Assembly (NCBI GenBank): GCA_964485005.1
Contig: CAZAHX010000001.1
Location: 1-39,535, forward strand
DNA length: 39,535 bases
DNA from: an uncultured Acidimicrobiaceae bacterium
GTDB lineage: Bacteria > Actinomycetota > Acidimicrobiia > Spongiisociales > ZC4RG35
Direction: 5' to 3'
Positions 26,408 to 34,468 of this stretch are shown here, one piece after another. Each line of letters opens with the position of its first letter. Position 1 is the first letter of the stretch. Both the position numbers and the translations under genes were made by a program. The notes beneath the pieces are model-generated. The model was not told the DNA's origin, searched no databases, and worked only from the letters and a program-made list of their open reading frames with translations.

Positions 26408-27808
26408 TCATTCGAACGGCCAGGTAGCCAGGGGACGGTCGGGACCGGCTTCCGCGAGCGCGCGGGCCACGACCCGATTGACGTCGGCGACCACCTCGTC
26501 CATGTCCCAGGCGACGACACGCCCGGACTCGACGATGACCTCGCCGGCCACCATCACCGTCTCCACCTCGGAAGGTCCGACCGCGTAGACGAGATTCGAG
26601 ATAGTCGCCGGGTACGGGTTGAGCGGTGCCCGACGTCTATCGAGCACCACCAGGTCGGCCTGTTTGCCGACCTCGATCGAGCCCAGGGTTTCCTCCAGGT
26701 GAAGGGCGCGGGCGCCACCCCACGTGGCGAGCTGGAGCATCATTTCGGGGTCGCCGAACGAGGCGTCACCTGCCTCGGCCCGTTGATGGAGGATGGTCGT
26801 CTTCATGGCCTGGAAGAAGTCGTGAGCGTCGTTGGGCTGGTCGGTACCGAGGCCAAGCCGAACACCGGCCTCGACCAAGCCGTTGACCGGGGCGGCCTTC
26901 ATGCCGATGAGCATGTTCGCGCCGGCGCAGAGGGAAACGCCGGCGTCGGCCTCGGCGACAGCCTGGATCTCGGAGTCGTCGAGCCACACCGGGTGGTATC
27001 CGAGGAATCGGTGGTCGAGTATCTCCCAGTCGGCGAGCAAGGTCATCAGGGGCTGGCCGTGCTCCTCGACAGTATGGCTAGCGGCCGCCTCCGAGTAGGA
27101 GATGTGCATGGCGAACCCGGTGTCCGCCTCCACTGCCCAGTCGTGCAGGCCCCGGAGCAGGGGCGGGGTCACCCGATGGGCCGACATCGCCTCGGCTCCA
27201 ACCTGGACCCGGTCGCTGTTCCAGCGGTGCTGGAGCCGGGAGAGCTCCGAACGGGCCAGTTCGAGGTCGTCGTGGCGGTGTGCGGGAACCAGCTCGCTCC
27301 GATCGACCGAAGCCCGGTAGAAGAACCCGCGGAGGCCGGACTCCGTCAATGCCCGCAGAGTGCCGTCGGCGGCACCTTCCAGGCCCCGTCGAGCGGCCTG
27401 GCTGTCGGTGGTGGTCGTCACCCCCGAGAGCATCAGCTCGGTGAGAGCGAGCCGGGCACCGGAGTAAGCGGCCTCTTCGTCCATCGCCTCTCGGATGGCG
27501 GTCGCCATCGCCGCCCCGGCGGGATCTCCACCGACCAGAAAGCGGTCGCCGCCCAGGCCCCGGGTGAGCGATGAGACCAGATGAGCGTGAGTGTTGACGA
27601 AACCCGGGATCACCACCCGGTCTGCCAGGTCACGTACCTCGACGGCAGCGGGAACCGGTCCGGCGGCGGCTGCCACGCCAACGATGCGGCCGCCGGCTAT
27701 GGATACCCTCCCGGGATCGATGACGCGGGGGGCAGGTCCCATGGTCAGGACCATCGACCCTTCCAGGACGAGGTCGACCGGCTCGGGCTCGGGGAGGTCA
27801 GGCGACAC
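26408..27808 (-). CDS. Amidohydrolase-superfamily deaminase/hydrolase (cytosine/guanine deaminase, chlorohydrolase, MtaD-like group)
   Basis: The ORF extends up to 28033. An in-frame GTG at 27808 overlaps the upstream stop by 11 bp and gives 466 aa. Motifs: IPGFVNTHAHL, FAMHISYSE, LGLGTDQPN. Confidence 0.85.
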   Translation of the reverse strand: MSPDLPEPEPVDLVLEGSMVLTMGPAPRVIDPGRVSIAGGRIVGVAAAAGPVPAAVEVRDLADRVVIPGFVNTHAHLVSSLTRGLGGDRFLVGGDPAGAAMATAIREAMDEEAAYSGARLALTELMLSGVTTTTDSQAARRGLEGAADGTLRALTESGLRGFFYRASVDRSELVPAHRHDDLELARSELSRLQHRWNSDRVQVGAEAMSAHRVTPPLLRGLHDWAVEADTGFAMHISYSEAAASHTVEEHGQPLMTLLADWEILDHRFLGYHPVWLDDSEIQAVAEADAGVSLCAGANMLIGMKAAPVNGLVEAGVRLGLGTDQPNDAHDFFQAMKTTILHQRAEAGDASFGDPEMMLQLATWGGARALHLEETLGSIEVGKQADLVVLDRRRAPLNPYPATISNLVYAVGPSEVETVMVAGEVIVESGRVVAWDMDEVVADVNRVVARALAEAGPDRPLATWPFE

Positions 27809-29552
27809 TGTCTGAGGGATCCTCCTGGTGGGCGGGAAGGTCGCCGTCGATGGCGCGGTCTCCCGTGGGTATCCCCAGCGCCCACTTGCCGTAGACACCG
27901 CCGTTGCGGTCCCAGTTGAGGCCGATCTGGGCAGCCATCGCCGAGATGTCCCGAAAGTGTCGCTGGACCGGGTTCGTGTGAGAGAGCCCGCTCGCTCCCA
28001 TCTGCCGGACCAGGCGATGGACGGCATCGACACACTGGCGGGTCAGCCAGGCCCGATCACGCATCGTCTCCACCCGTTCCCGGGGATTCAGCAGGTCACC
28101 CGCCCGGGCCCGGCGGACCAGCGTGTCGGTGATCCCTTCCACCAGCCGGGCCGCCGCCCCGATCTGAGCGGCCGACTCAGCCACTCGCAACTGGACCGGG
28201 ACCGACTCGGCGATGCGGTTGGCGAAGATGGCACCGATACGGGCCCGGGTTGCCTCCAGGTAGTCCTCGAGGGCGCCCTCGGCCGCACCCAGGATCGGGC
28301 CGAGGAGGATGGTGCCGAAGGCGGGGCCCAGCTCCATGCGATACACGGGGTGCTCGTTGGCGTCGGCCCCGGGAGGGTTCGAGCCCAGGAGCTCGAGAAA
28401 GCCCAGCGTACGATGGTCGGGAACGAACACCGGCTCGGCGAGAAGCGCCTGCTTGCTCCCGGTGCCCTGCAATCCGGATACATGCCAGTCGTCGACGATC
28501 TCGTACTCGGACGCGGGGATGAGGCATTGGCGCAACACTGCCGGACCGCTGCCTTCGAGGCCTTCAACGGGGGCAGGGACGATGACCCACTGGGCGTGGT
28601 CGATGCCGCTGGCGAACCGCCATCCCCCGTCGACCAGAAAGCCGCCGTCCACCGGCACTGCCTTACCTGAGACCCGGGCTGATCCGGTGGCGATGAGAAC
28701 GTCATCGTCGGTGCTCCACACCTCTTGCTGGGCCTGGTCCGCATAGCGGCCCACCATGACGGAGTGGGTGGTGACCACCGCGGCGATCCATCCGGTGGAC
28801 CCGCATGCCCGGGCGAGCAGGCGCGCCGCCTCGATCTGGACGCCCCACTCCACTTCGATCCCTCCGTAGCGCTCGGGCCGAAAGAGGCGGAACAAGCCGG
28901 CGGCCTTGAGCTCGTCGATGGTCTCGCCGGGCAGCTCGCCGAGCTCCTCCGTGTCCCGCGCTCTCTCGCGAATTCCGGTCACCAGGTCGCGGACGTTGTC
29001 CAGCACGGATTCGGCCACCTCGGTGTGGGCTGCGGTTGTCATCGCGGATCTTCTCCTTTGTACATCGGTCTCGACCGGCGGCGCCGGCGGAGAGGTGTGA
29101 AAGCTTCGATTCCAGGACAGGAGCGGGCCGGCCGACGCCACTGACGTCGACAAGACAAGCCCGATCACTACCGTGTGATCCCCGTGCGTCACGACCGAAT
29201 CGACATGGCAGATGGCGTGTCCGACGCTGCCGGCCAGGACGGGCACGCCTTCCTCCCACCCCCACTCCACCTGCTGGAACTTGTCGGGCCGCTTGGACGC
29301 AAAGAGGTAGGCGCTGTTCTGCTGGCCGGGAGCGAGCATCATGAGCCCGAAGGTGTCGCCGCCGACGAGGGCATCGTGGCTGAAGGCCGACCGGTCGATC
29401 GAAACCATGAGGGAGGCGGGATCGTGAGCATGGGGAGATACCGACGTGGCCGTGAACCCGCGGGGTCGACCCAGGTCGTCCTTGCCTGTCACCACGTACA
29501 CGGCCGACGCCACCATGGCCATCGCCTGGCGGAAGAGCTCAGCGGTGGTCAT
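27798..29552 (-). CDS. Single ORF fusing an N-terminal flavin reductase domain to an HsaA/C2-HpaH-type (acyl-CoA-dehydrogenase-fold) flavin-dependent monooxygenase
   Basis: 584 aa from ATG 29552. Residues 1 to about 155 (FRQAMAMVASAVYVVTG...GFTATSVSPHAHDPASLMVSI...GDHTVVIGLV...GPLLSWNRSF) form a flavin_reduct domain. Residues about 171-584 (LRRLPGETIDELKAAGLFRLFRPERYGG...ACGSTGWIAAVV...GGWRFASGIDHAQW...SGLQGTGS...NPVQRHFRD) resemble HsaA-type oxygenases. There is no stop between the two parts. Confidence 0.8.
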   Translation of the reverse strand: MTTAELFRQAMAMVASAVYVVTGKDDLGRPRGFTATSVSPHAHDPASLMVSIDRSAFSHDALVGGDTFGLMMLAPGQQNSAYLFASKRPDKFQQVEWGWEEGVPVLAGSVGHAICHVDSVVTHGDHTVVIGLVLSTSVASAGPLLSWNRSFHTSPPAPPVETDVQRRRSAMTTAAHTEVAESVLDNVRDLVTGIRERARDTEELGELPGETIDELKAAGLFRLFRPERYGGIEVEWGVQIEAARLLARACGSTGWIAAVVTTHSVMVGRYADQAQQEVWSTDDDVLIATGSARVSGKAVPVDGGFLVDGGWRFASGIDHAQWVIVPAPVEGLEGSGPAVLRQCLIPASEYEIVDDWHVSGLQGTGSKQALLAEPVFVPDHRTLGFLELLGSNPPGADANEHPVYRMELGPAFGTILLGPILGAAEGALEDYLEATRARIGAIFANRIAESVPVQLRVAESAAQIGAAARLVEGITDTLVRRARAGDLLNPRERVETMRDRAWLTRQCVDAVHRLVRQMGASGLSHTNPVQRHFRDISAMAAQIGLNWDRNGGVYGKWALGIPTGDRAIDGDLPAHQEDPSDSVA

Positions 29553-29587
29553 GGCGCGTCCCCCCAATCGTCGGCGAACGACCAGGG

Positions 29588-30502
29588 GTGCACGTGCGCC
29601 AGGTGAGTCTCATCCGACCGGGAGATCCGCCGACGCTGGTGGTCGAGTCCGTCCAAGGGGCCGGGTTGCCGATGGTGTACGCCGAGGTGGAGCCGCTCGA
29701 CGTCCAGGTCGCCATGGGACATGTGCCGCGCCCCCTTCCCACACTCCCCGGGGCGACCGCCATCGTGCAGACCGCCGATGGGCTTGGCTACGTGATGCCG
29801 GGCGGGTGCGATGGCACCTGGGCCGACAAGATCGACGTGGATAGCCGCTGGGTCGTTCCGCTGCCGCCGGGCATCGACCCGGCCACGGTCGCCTGCACGA
29901 CCGGTGCCGGGGTGGTCGCTCGCCTGGCCCTCTTCGATCGGGGTGGGCTGGCCAAGGGCGAAACGGTGCTGGTGATCGGGGCCAGTGGATTCGTGGGGCG
30001 TGCCGCCGTAGAGCTCGCCACCCACGCCGGTGCGAGGGTGATCGCCACCGCCCGCAACCCGGCCGCGATCCCGGAAGGACCCGAGGGGGCGCTGAGCCTC
30101 GACGGGTTCGCGGACAAGGTCCGTTCGCTGACCGACGGACATGGAGCCGATTTGATCGTCGACGTGCTGGGAGGAGACAGCCTCAACGAGGCAATCCGAG
30201 CCGGTGCCATAGGATGCCGCCACCTCCTGGTCGGCACTGCCTCCGGGACCAGGCCCGGAGTCTCCTTGCCCCTCCTTCTCATACGGCAACACCGCCTCGA
30301 GGGGTTTCGCCGCTCGGCCACGAACGCTGACGTCTTGCGCGAGGCCCATCAGGACACGTTGTCGGACATCGAAGCGGGTGTCATCACCGCCCGACAGGCG
30401 CCCGTGTTCGACCTGGAGTTGGCCGCGGCTGCGATCCAGACGGTCCGGGAAGGAGGGCACGCACTGCTGTCGGGAAGACATCACGAAGGCTCCGAGGGAT
30501 AA
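29588..30502 (+). CDS. Quinone oxidoreductase / zeta-crystallin-like MDR family protein (no zinc motifs)
   Basis: 304 aa from GTG 29588. GETVLVIGASGFVGRAAVELA is the cofactor loop. The structural and catalytic Zn Cys motifs are absent. Confidence 0.8.
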   Translation: MHVRQVSLIRPGDPPTLVVESVQGAGLPMVYAEVEPLDVQVAMGHVPRPLPTLPGATAIVQTADGLGYVMPGGCDGTWADKIDVDSRWVVPLPPGIDPATVACTTGAGVVARLALFDRGGLAKGETVLVIGASGFVGRAAVELATHAGARVIATARNPAAIPEGPEGALSLDGFADKVRSLTDGHGADLIVDVLGGDSLNEAIRAGAIGCRHLLVGTASGTRPGVSLPLLLIRQHRLEGFRRSATNADVLREAHQDTLSDIEAGVITARQAPVFDLELAAAAIQTVREGGHALLSGRHHEGSEG

Positions 30503-30933
30503 AGAGAACCATCCCACCAGACCAGTGGATCTCCGCTGCCAATGACGACCTCCACCACATCTCCGATCACCAGGAAGCGGTCGAGGATGAGCGACCGGAC
30601 GACCGTCTCACAAGCGAGAGCGCACAGAGATCCTTCCACGACAGGGACGCCGGCCAGCAGCGCGTAGTCGAACAAGCTATCAACGGACCCCCAGAAGCCC
30701 GTCGCCAGGGATAGGTGGGATCGCGTGAGTATCGACACCCCGAACCTTTCCCCGAGAGGGAGTTCTTTCGGTAGGGACACCATCACGGAGGGCGGATCGA
30801 CCGAGTAGGAGGCCACGGTGGGGACGACCACCATTGACGCCTCTGTGTCCTCCAACGTCGAGATGGCGGCCGCGGCCGAGGCCATCGCCTCGAGGAACTC
30901 GGCGGGCGCTGTGGCGATAGCGGGTCTCGTCAT
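30481..30933 (-). CDS. Flavin reductase-like (FMN-binding split-barrel) domain protein
   Basis: The ORF extends up to 30978. ATG 30933 forms an ATGA overlap with the upstream membrane-protein stop and gives 150 aa. Motifs: FLEAMASAAAAISTL...SYSVDPPSVMVSL...DRFLVIGDVVEV. Confidence 0.7.
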   Translation of the reverse strand: MTRPAIATAPAEFLEAMASAAAAISTLEDTEASMVVVPTVASYSVDPPSVMVSLPKELPLGERFGVSILTRSHLSLATGFWGSVDSLFDYALLAGVPVVEGSLCALACETVVRSLILDRFLVIGDVVEVVIGSGDPLVWWDGSLYPSEPS

Positions 30934-31619
30934 GGTCGTGCCACCGCCAGGATCACCATCACCACCAGTGCCCCCCACACGAACAGCACGGCCGGGTAGA
31001 CGCCTGGAATCGAAGAGTTGACTGCCGCCAGCCTCTCCGGGGTCTCACCCAACTCGAGCAGCTCGGTCAGGGCAGGTCGGTAACGGGCGGCCGCCACCCG
31101 GATCCACAACCCGGCGGCGATGACCACTCCGAAGAGGAGTGCCTTCAAGGCCAGCCAGGTAGGAGCAAAGGGAACCTGGACCGAGAGGGATGTCACCCCC
31201 ATGACCACGAACGCGACCGAAGCCAGGATTCGCAAGGAGATGTCGGACCGGTTGAAAGAGTCGAGTCTCTCATCTGTCGGCTCCTCCTGCCGCCGCCGAA
31301 AGGCCCAGACCGATGCCGCTACCCAGACCAGCGCCAGGATGGTCACCGCCCAAAGAAGCGCAGCGATCAGGGTGGGGTCGGCCGTCCCGAAACCGAACCC
31401 GGATACGCGAGCCAGACCTAGCGCCACCGGGATCATGAGGATGAGGCTCAGACGGGGTGCCAGGTCCAGGCTCGTCATCATCTTCCGCACCTGCGCCCTC
31501 GCCTCCGGGGTCAGCCCCGGCCGGCGCATGACGAAGCTCCCATAGAAGACCCCGACGTCGATCCCCAGCCACGCGACCAGAAGCAGGATATGGAGGATCA
31601 GCAGACCGTCTCGTGCCAT
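30930..31619 (-). CDS. Integral membrane protein of unknown function (about 6 predicted TM segments)
   Basis: 229 aa from ATG 31619. It has repeated hydrophobic stretches (LLILHILLLVAWLGIDVGVFY, LSLILMIPVALGLA, LLWAVTILALVWVAASVWAF, and others). I recognise no family. Confidence 0.6.
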   Translation of the reverse strand: MARDGLLILHILLLVAWLGIDVGVFYGSFVMRRPGLTPEARAQVRKMMTSLDLAPRLSLILMIPVALGLARVSGFGFGTADPTLIAALLWAVTILALVWVAASVWAFRRRQEEPTDERLDSFNRSDISLRILASVAFVVMGVTSLSVQVPFAPTWLALKALLFGVVIAAGLWIRVAAARYRPALTELLELGETPERLAAVNSSIPGVYPAVLFVWGALVVMVILAVARP

Positions 31620-31709
31620 TCGCCTTCACCTCTCTGGCCTTCCCGGGAAATGTGGCTGATCGGCCCGGTTCCTCTCCCGGACGCGCGCTACACTCGTTTC
31701 AGTGACAGC

Positions 31710-31726
31710 GTTCCGTTCACCGGAAC
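31710..31726. promoter_or_regulatory. Palindrome GTTCCG-N5-CGGAAC in a divergent promoter region (candidate regulator site)
   Basis: Perfect 6-bp arms, about 90 bp upstream of the family-5 SBP ATG (31816). GTTCC(G/A) half-sites also occur in the CoA-transferase/CitE divergent spacer at 23182-23207. Confidence 0.3.
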
Positions 31727-31815
31727 CGTTAGGGAGCTTAGCATTCGTGAGGCCGGGGAGTCACCCCCACGGAGTTGCGGATACTGGCCAATACCGACGC
31801 ACGGGAGGAAGGCGA

Positions 31816-33444
31816 ATGCGACAAAGATCGAGCCGATGGATGGTTGTATTGATGGCGATGGCAGTGGTCGTCGCCGGTTGCGGCCCGGCCGCCGAGGAGA
31901 CAACGACTACCGGAGTCGAGCTCCCCGCGACCGAGGCGCCCGAGACCACCACGACGACGGAGGCGCCGGCTACCACCGAGCCCACGACCCCTCCGGAAGC
32001 GACAGCGATATCGGTGGGCATGGGCCTGATGCCTCCTTCGGGCGTTCCCTGGACCGGCGCGGGGTCACCCGGCCAGTATGTGTGGAGCCAGATCTTCGAC
32101 GCCCTCACCTACATCGCCCCCGACGGCACCGTCCAGCCAGGTCTGGCGACCGGGTGGACGTCGGTGGACGAGAACACCTGGGAGTTCACGCTGCAGGAAG
32201 GCGTCAGCTTCGCCAACGGAGAGCCGTTCAACGCCGACGCCGTGGTGGCCACGTTCGACGTCCTTCTTTCAGAGGAGGGGCGGGCGACCTACGCAGCCAG
32301 CGTGGGGAATTACGGGTTCGTCACGTCTGTCGAGGCGATTGACGAATCGACGGTTCGTGTCATCACCGAGACGCCCAACCCGCTTACCCCCAATGCCCTG
32401 TCGCTCGCCTACATCGTGCCTCCGGCGGAGTTCGCCGACGTCGGCGCCGAAGGCTTCGCCTCCTCGCCGTTAGGAACGGGCCCGTATCAGACGACGGCGT
32501 GGAGCGATCAGGAGATAACGCTTGAAGCCTGGGATGGATCATGGCGCGGGGTGCCAGCCATCTCGACCGTCACTTTCATCAACCTGGGCGACGCGGCGGC
32601 ACGTGTCCAGGCCTTGCAGTCGGGTCAGGTCCAGATCGCCCACTCGGTCAGCCCTGACCAGATCGCCGCCCTCGAGGGTGAGGGATTCGGTGTCTTCAGT
32701 GGTACCCGCGGCTCGATGATGTCCCTCGCATTCATCGCCAACGAAGGGGGACCGCTCGCCGAGCAGGCGGTCCGTCAGGCGATGAACTATGCGGTCGACG
32801 TGCAGTCGATCGTCGACGAGCTTCTCCTCGGCTACTCGTCTCCGGGGATGTGGCCACCGGAGGGTGTGACGGGACATGACCCGTCGCGGCCACCGTACCC
32901 CTACGATCCGGACATGGCACGGATGTTGCTGGCCGACGCCGGCTACGCCGACGGGTTCGACATGGTCGCCGAAGTCACCGTTGGCTCTTTCCCCAGCGAC
33001 GCCGACATCTACGAGGCGATGGCCGGCTTCCTGACGGAGGTCGGCATAAACGTCGAGCTGCGCCAGATCGACTTTGCCGGCGAGTGGCTTCCCAAGTTCC
33101 TCGGCACCGACGGAGCCGACTGGGAAGGCGACGCCTTCGGGTTGTCTTGGAACGCGGCGCCACTGATGGATGCCATCAGGCCCTTCTCGTTCTTCAGTTG
33201 CGGGCACGGCAACGAGTTCTTCTGCGACGAGGAGGCCGAGTCCCTCATCAATGAAGTGTCAGCCACCTTCGACGTGGCCGCCCGTGACGCCCTGATGGCT
33301 GACCTGCTCGACATGACCAGAGAGAACCCTTCTGCCCTGTGGCTGGTCGTTACCCCGGAGCTCTGGAGCTTCGACAGCAGCGTGCAGGGCTTCTCGGTCG
33401 ACAACTTCAACATCCGGTTCGAATCGGTGACGGTGGGTGGCTGA
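31816..33444 (+). CDS. ABC transporter substrate-binding lipoprotein, family 5 (Dpp/Opp/Nik-type)
   Basis: The ORF starts at 31702. ATG 31816 is preceded by GGGAGGAAGG and gives 542 aa. Signal peptide plus lipobox VVAGC, then a Thr/Pro/Glu-rich tether, then an SBP_bac_5 body (YIAPDGTVQPGLATGW...ENTWEFTLQEGVSFANGEPFNADAV). Confidence 0.85.
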   Translation: MRQRSSRWMVVLMAMAVVVAGCGPAAEETTTTGVELPATEAPETTTTTEAPATTEPTTPPEATAISVGMGLMPPSGVPWTGAGSPGQYVWSQIFDALTYIAPDGTVQPGLATGWTSVDENTWEFTLQEGVSFANGEPFNADAVVATFDVLLSEEGRATYAASVGNYGFVTSVEAIDESTVRVITETPNPLTPNALSLAYIVPPAEFADVGAEGFASSPLGTGPYQTTAWSDQEITLEAWDGSWRGVPAISTVTFINLGDAAARVQALQSGQVQIAHSVSPDQIAALEGEGFGVFSGTRGSMMSLAFIANEGGPLAEQAVRQAMNYAVDVQSIVDELLLGYSSPGMWPPEGVTGHDPSRPPYPYDPDMARMLLADAGYADGFDMVAEVTVGSFPSDADIYEAMAGFLTEVGINVELRQIDFAGEWLPKFLGTDGADWEGDAFGLSWNAAPLMDAIRPFSFFSCGHGNEFFCDEEAESLINEVSATFDVAARDALMADLLDMTRENPSALWLVVTPELWSFDSSVQGFSVDNFNIRFESVTVGG

Positions 33445-34468
33445 TCGCGAGGGGCTCAGCCGCTCCCCCGTCGAGGAATTGTCGGTCCCGGCCTCGCATG
33501 AGGCCGGGACCGACATCATCAGGGACACCGGCTATGGACGCTACGCACTCCACAAGCTCGGTTATCGGATACTTCAGCTGGTCGGGCTGGTTCTGGGAAT
33601 CACGACCCTCCTCTTCTTCCTCTTGCGCGTCACCGGTGACCCGGCCAGTGTCCTGGTGGGTGATCTCGCCTCCGCTGAGGACGTAGCCCGGGTTCGGCGC
33701 TTCTACGGCCTCGACGAACCGCTGATCGTCCAGTACTTCAAGTTCATCGGCCAGGCAGTGCAGCTCAACTTCGGCAACTCCCTGCGCTCATTCACCGATG
33801 CGTTCGACCTCGTGCTGTCCAAGGTCCCGGCGACGATGATCCTCGCCGCCGCCGCCGTCATGTTGAATCTGATAATCGCCTTGGCGTTCGGGACCTGGCT
33901 CGGCTACCGACCGGAGCGACCAGATCGCCGCCTCGGATTGGCCGCCGTTCTCGTCAGCCAGGGGATCCCCGGGTTCGTCATCGGACTTGTGCTGATCCAG
34001 CTCGTAGCCGTCGAATGGAGGCTGCTTCCGAGCATCGGCTTCGACGGATTACGGAGCCTGATCCTGCCGTCGATCACCCTCGCCTCCTTTCTCCTGCCCC
34101 GAGTCATCCGCCTGACCGCAGCCAACGTGGACCAAGCGATGCGACAGAACTACGTCCGTACAGCCCGGGCATCGGGAGCCTCGTCGCGAGCGGTCATGTG
34201 GCGACACGTCCTACCCAATGCCGTCGTCGGGACCGTCGCCCTGGTGGGTGTCCAGTTCGGGTTCCTGCTGTCGGGCTCGTTGATCACCGAGACGCTGTTT
34301 GCATGGCCGGGCATGGGCCTTCTACTGATCGAGTCGGTGCGGGGTCTGGACTTCCCGGTCGTCCAGGCGGCGATCGCGGTCGTTGCCATCCTCGTGTTCG
34401 CTGTCAACACGCTCACCGACCTCGCTTTTCCTCTCCTGGATCCCCGGCTGCGGAGAGCCCGGGCATGA
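33437..34468 (+). CDS. ABC transporter permease (DppB/OppB-type)
   Basis: LHKLGYRILQLVGLVLGITTLLFFLLRVTGDP is the typical N-terminus, and an EAA-like loop YVRTARASGAS is present. The start is uncertain. The only in-frame canonical starts are GTG 33437 and TTG 33479, and both lie upstream of or inside the stem-loop. Confidence 0.85.
   Translation: MADREGLSRSPVEELSVPASHEAGTDIIRDTGYGRYALHKLGYRILQLVGLVLGITTLLFFLLRVTGDPASVLVGDLASAEDVARVRRFYGLDEPLIVQYFKFIGQAVQLNFGNSLRSFTDAFDLVLSKVPATMILAAAAVMLNLIIALAFGTWLGYRPERPDRRLGLAAVLVSQGIPGFVIGLVLIQLVAVEWRLLPSIGFDGLRSLILPSITLASFLLPRVIRLTAANVDQAMRQNYVRTARASGASSRAVMWRHVLPNAVVGTVALVGVQFGFLLSGSLITETLFAWPGMGLLLIESVRGLDFPVVQAAIAVVAILVFAVNTLTDLAFPLLDPRLRRARA
33480..33515. 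repeat. Perfect 16-bp GC-rich stem with 4-nt loop immediately downstream of the SBP gene
   Basis: tgtcggtcccggcctc-gcat-gaggccgggaccgaca, beginning 36 nt after the SBP stop (33444). It is followed by tcatcagg with no U tract. Confidence 0.75.

Noticed and set aside
26383-26520. N-terminal ORF extensions on several genes: 26383-26520, 27809-28033, 21983-22081, 9847-10032, 3793-3927, 31702-31815, 34015-34464, 35545-35730 and 37334-37471
   Set aside because: In each case an internal start with an SD sequence or an ATGA/GTGA overlap gives a protein whose N-terminus matches its family. The extension is low-complexity and overlaps the neighbouring gene or RBS.
26183-27574. 463-aa plus-strand ORF opposite the amidohydrolase genes. 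Similar long shadow ORFs occur at 6532-7656, 10772-11920, 19017-19925, 20194-21309, 20930-22183, 22147-23343, 24101-25096 and 34383-35303.
   Set aside because: All lie antisense to or out of frame with genes that carry strong catalytic motifs. Their products are Arg/Gly/Pro/His-rich with no domain signatures. They were treated as high-GC frame artefacts.
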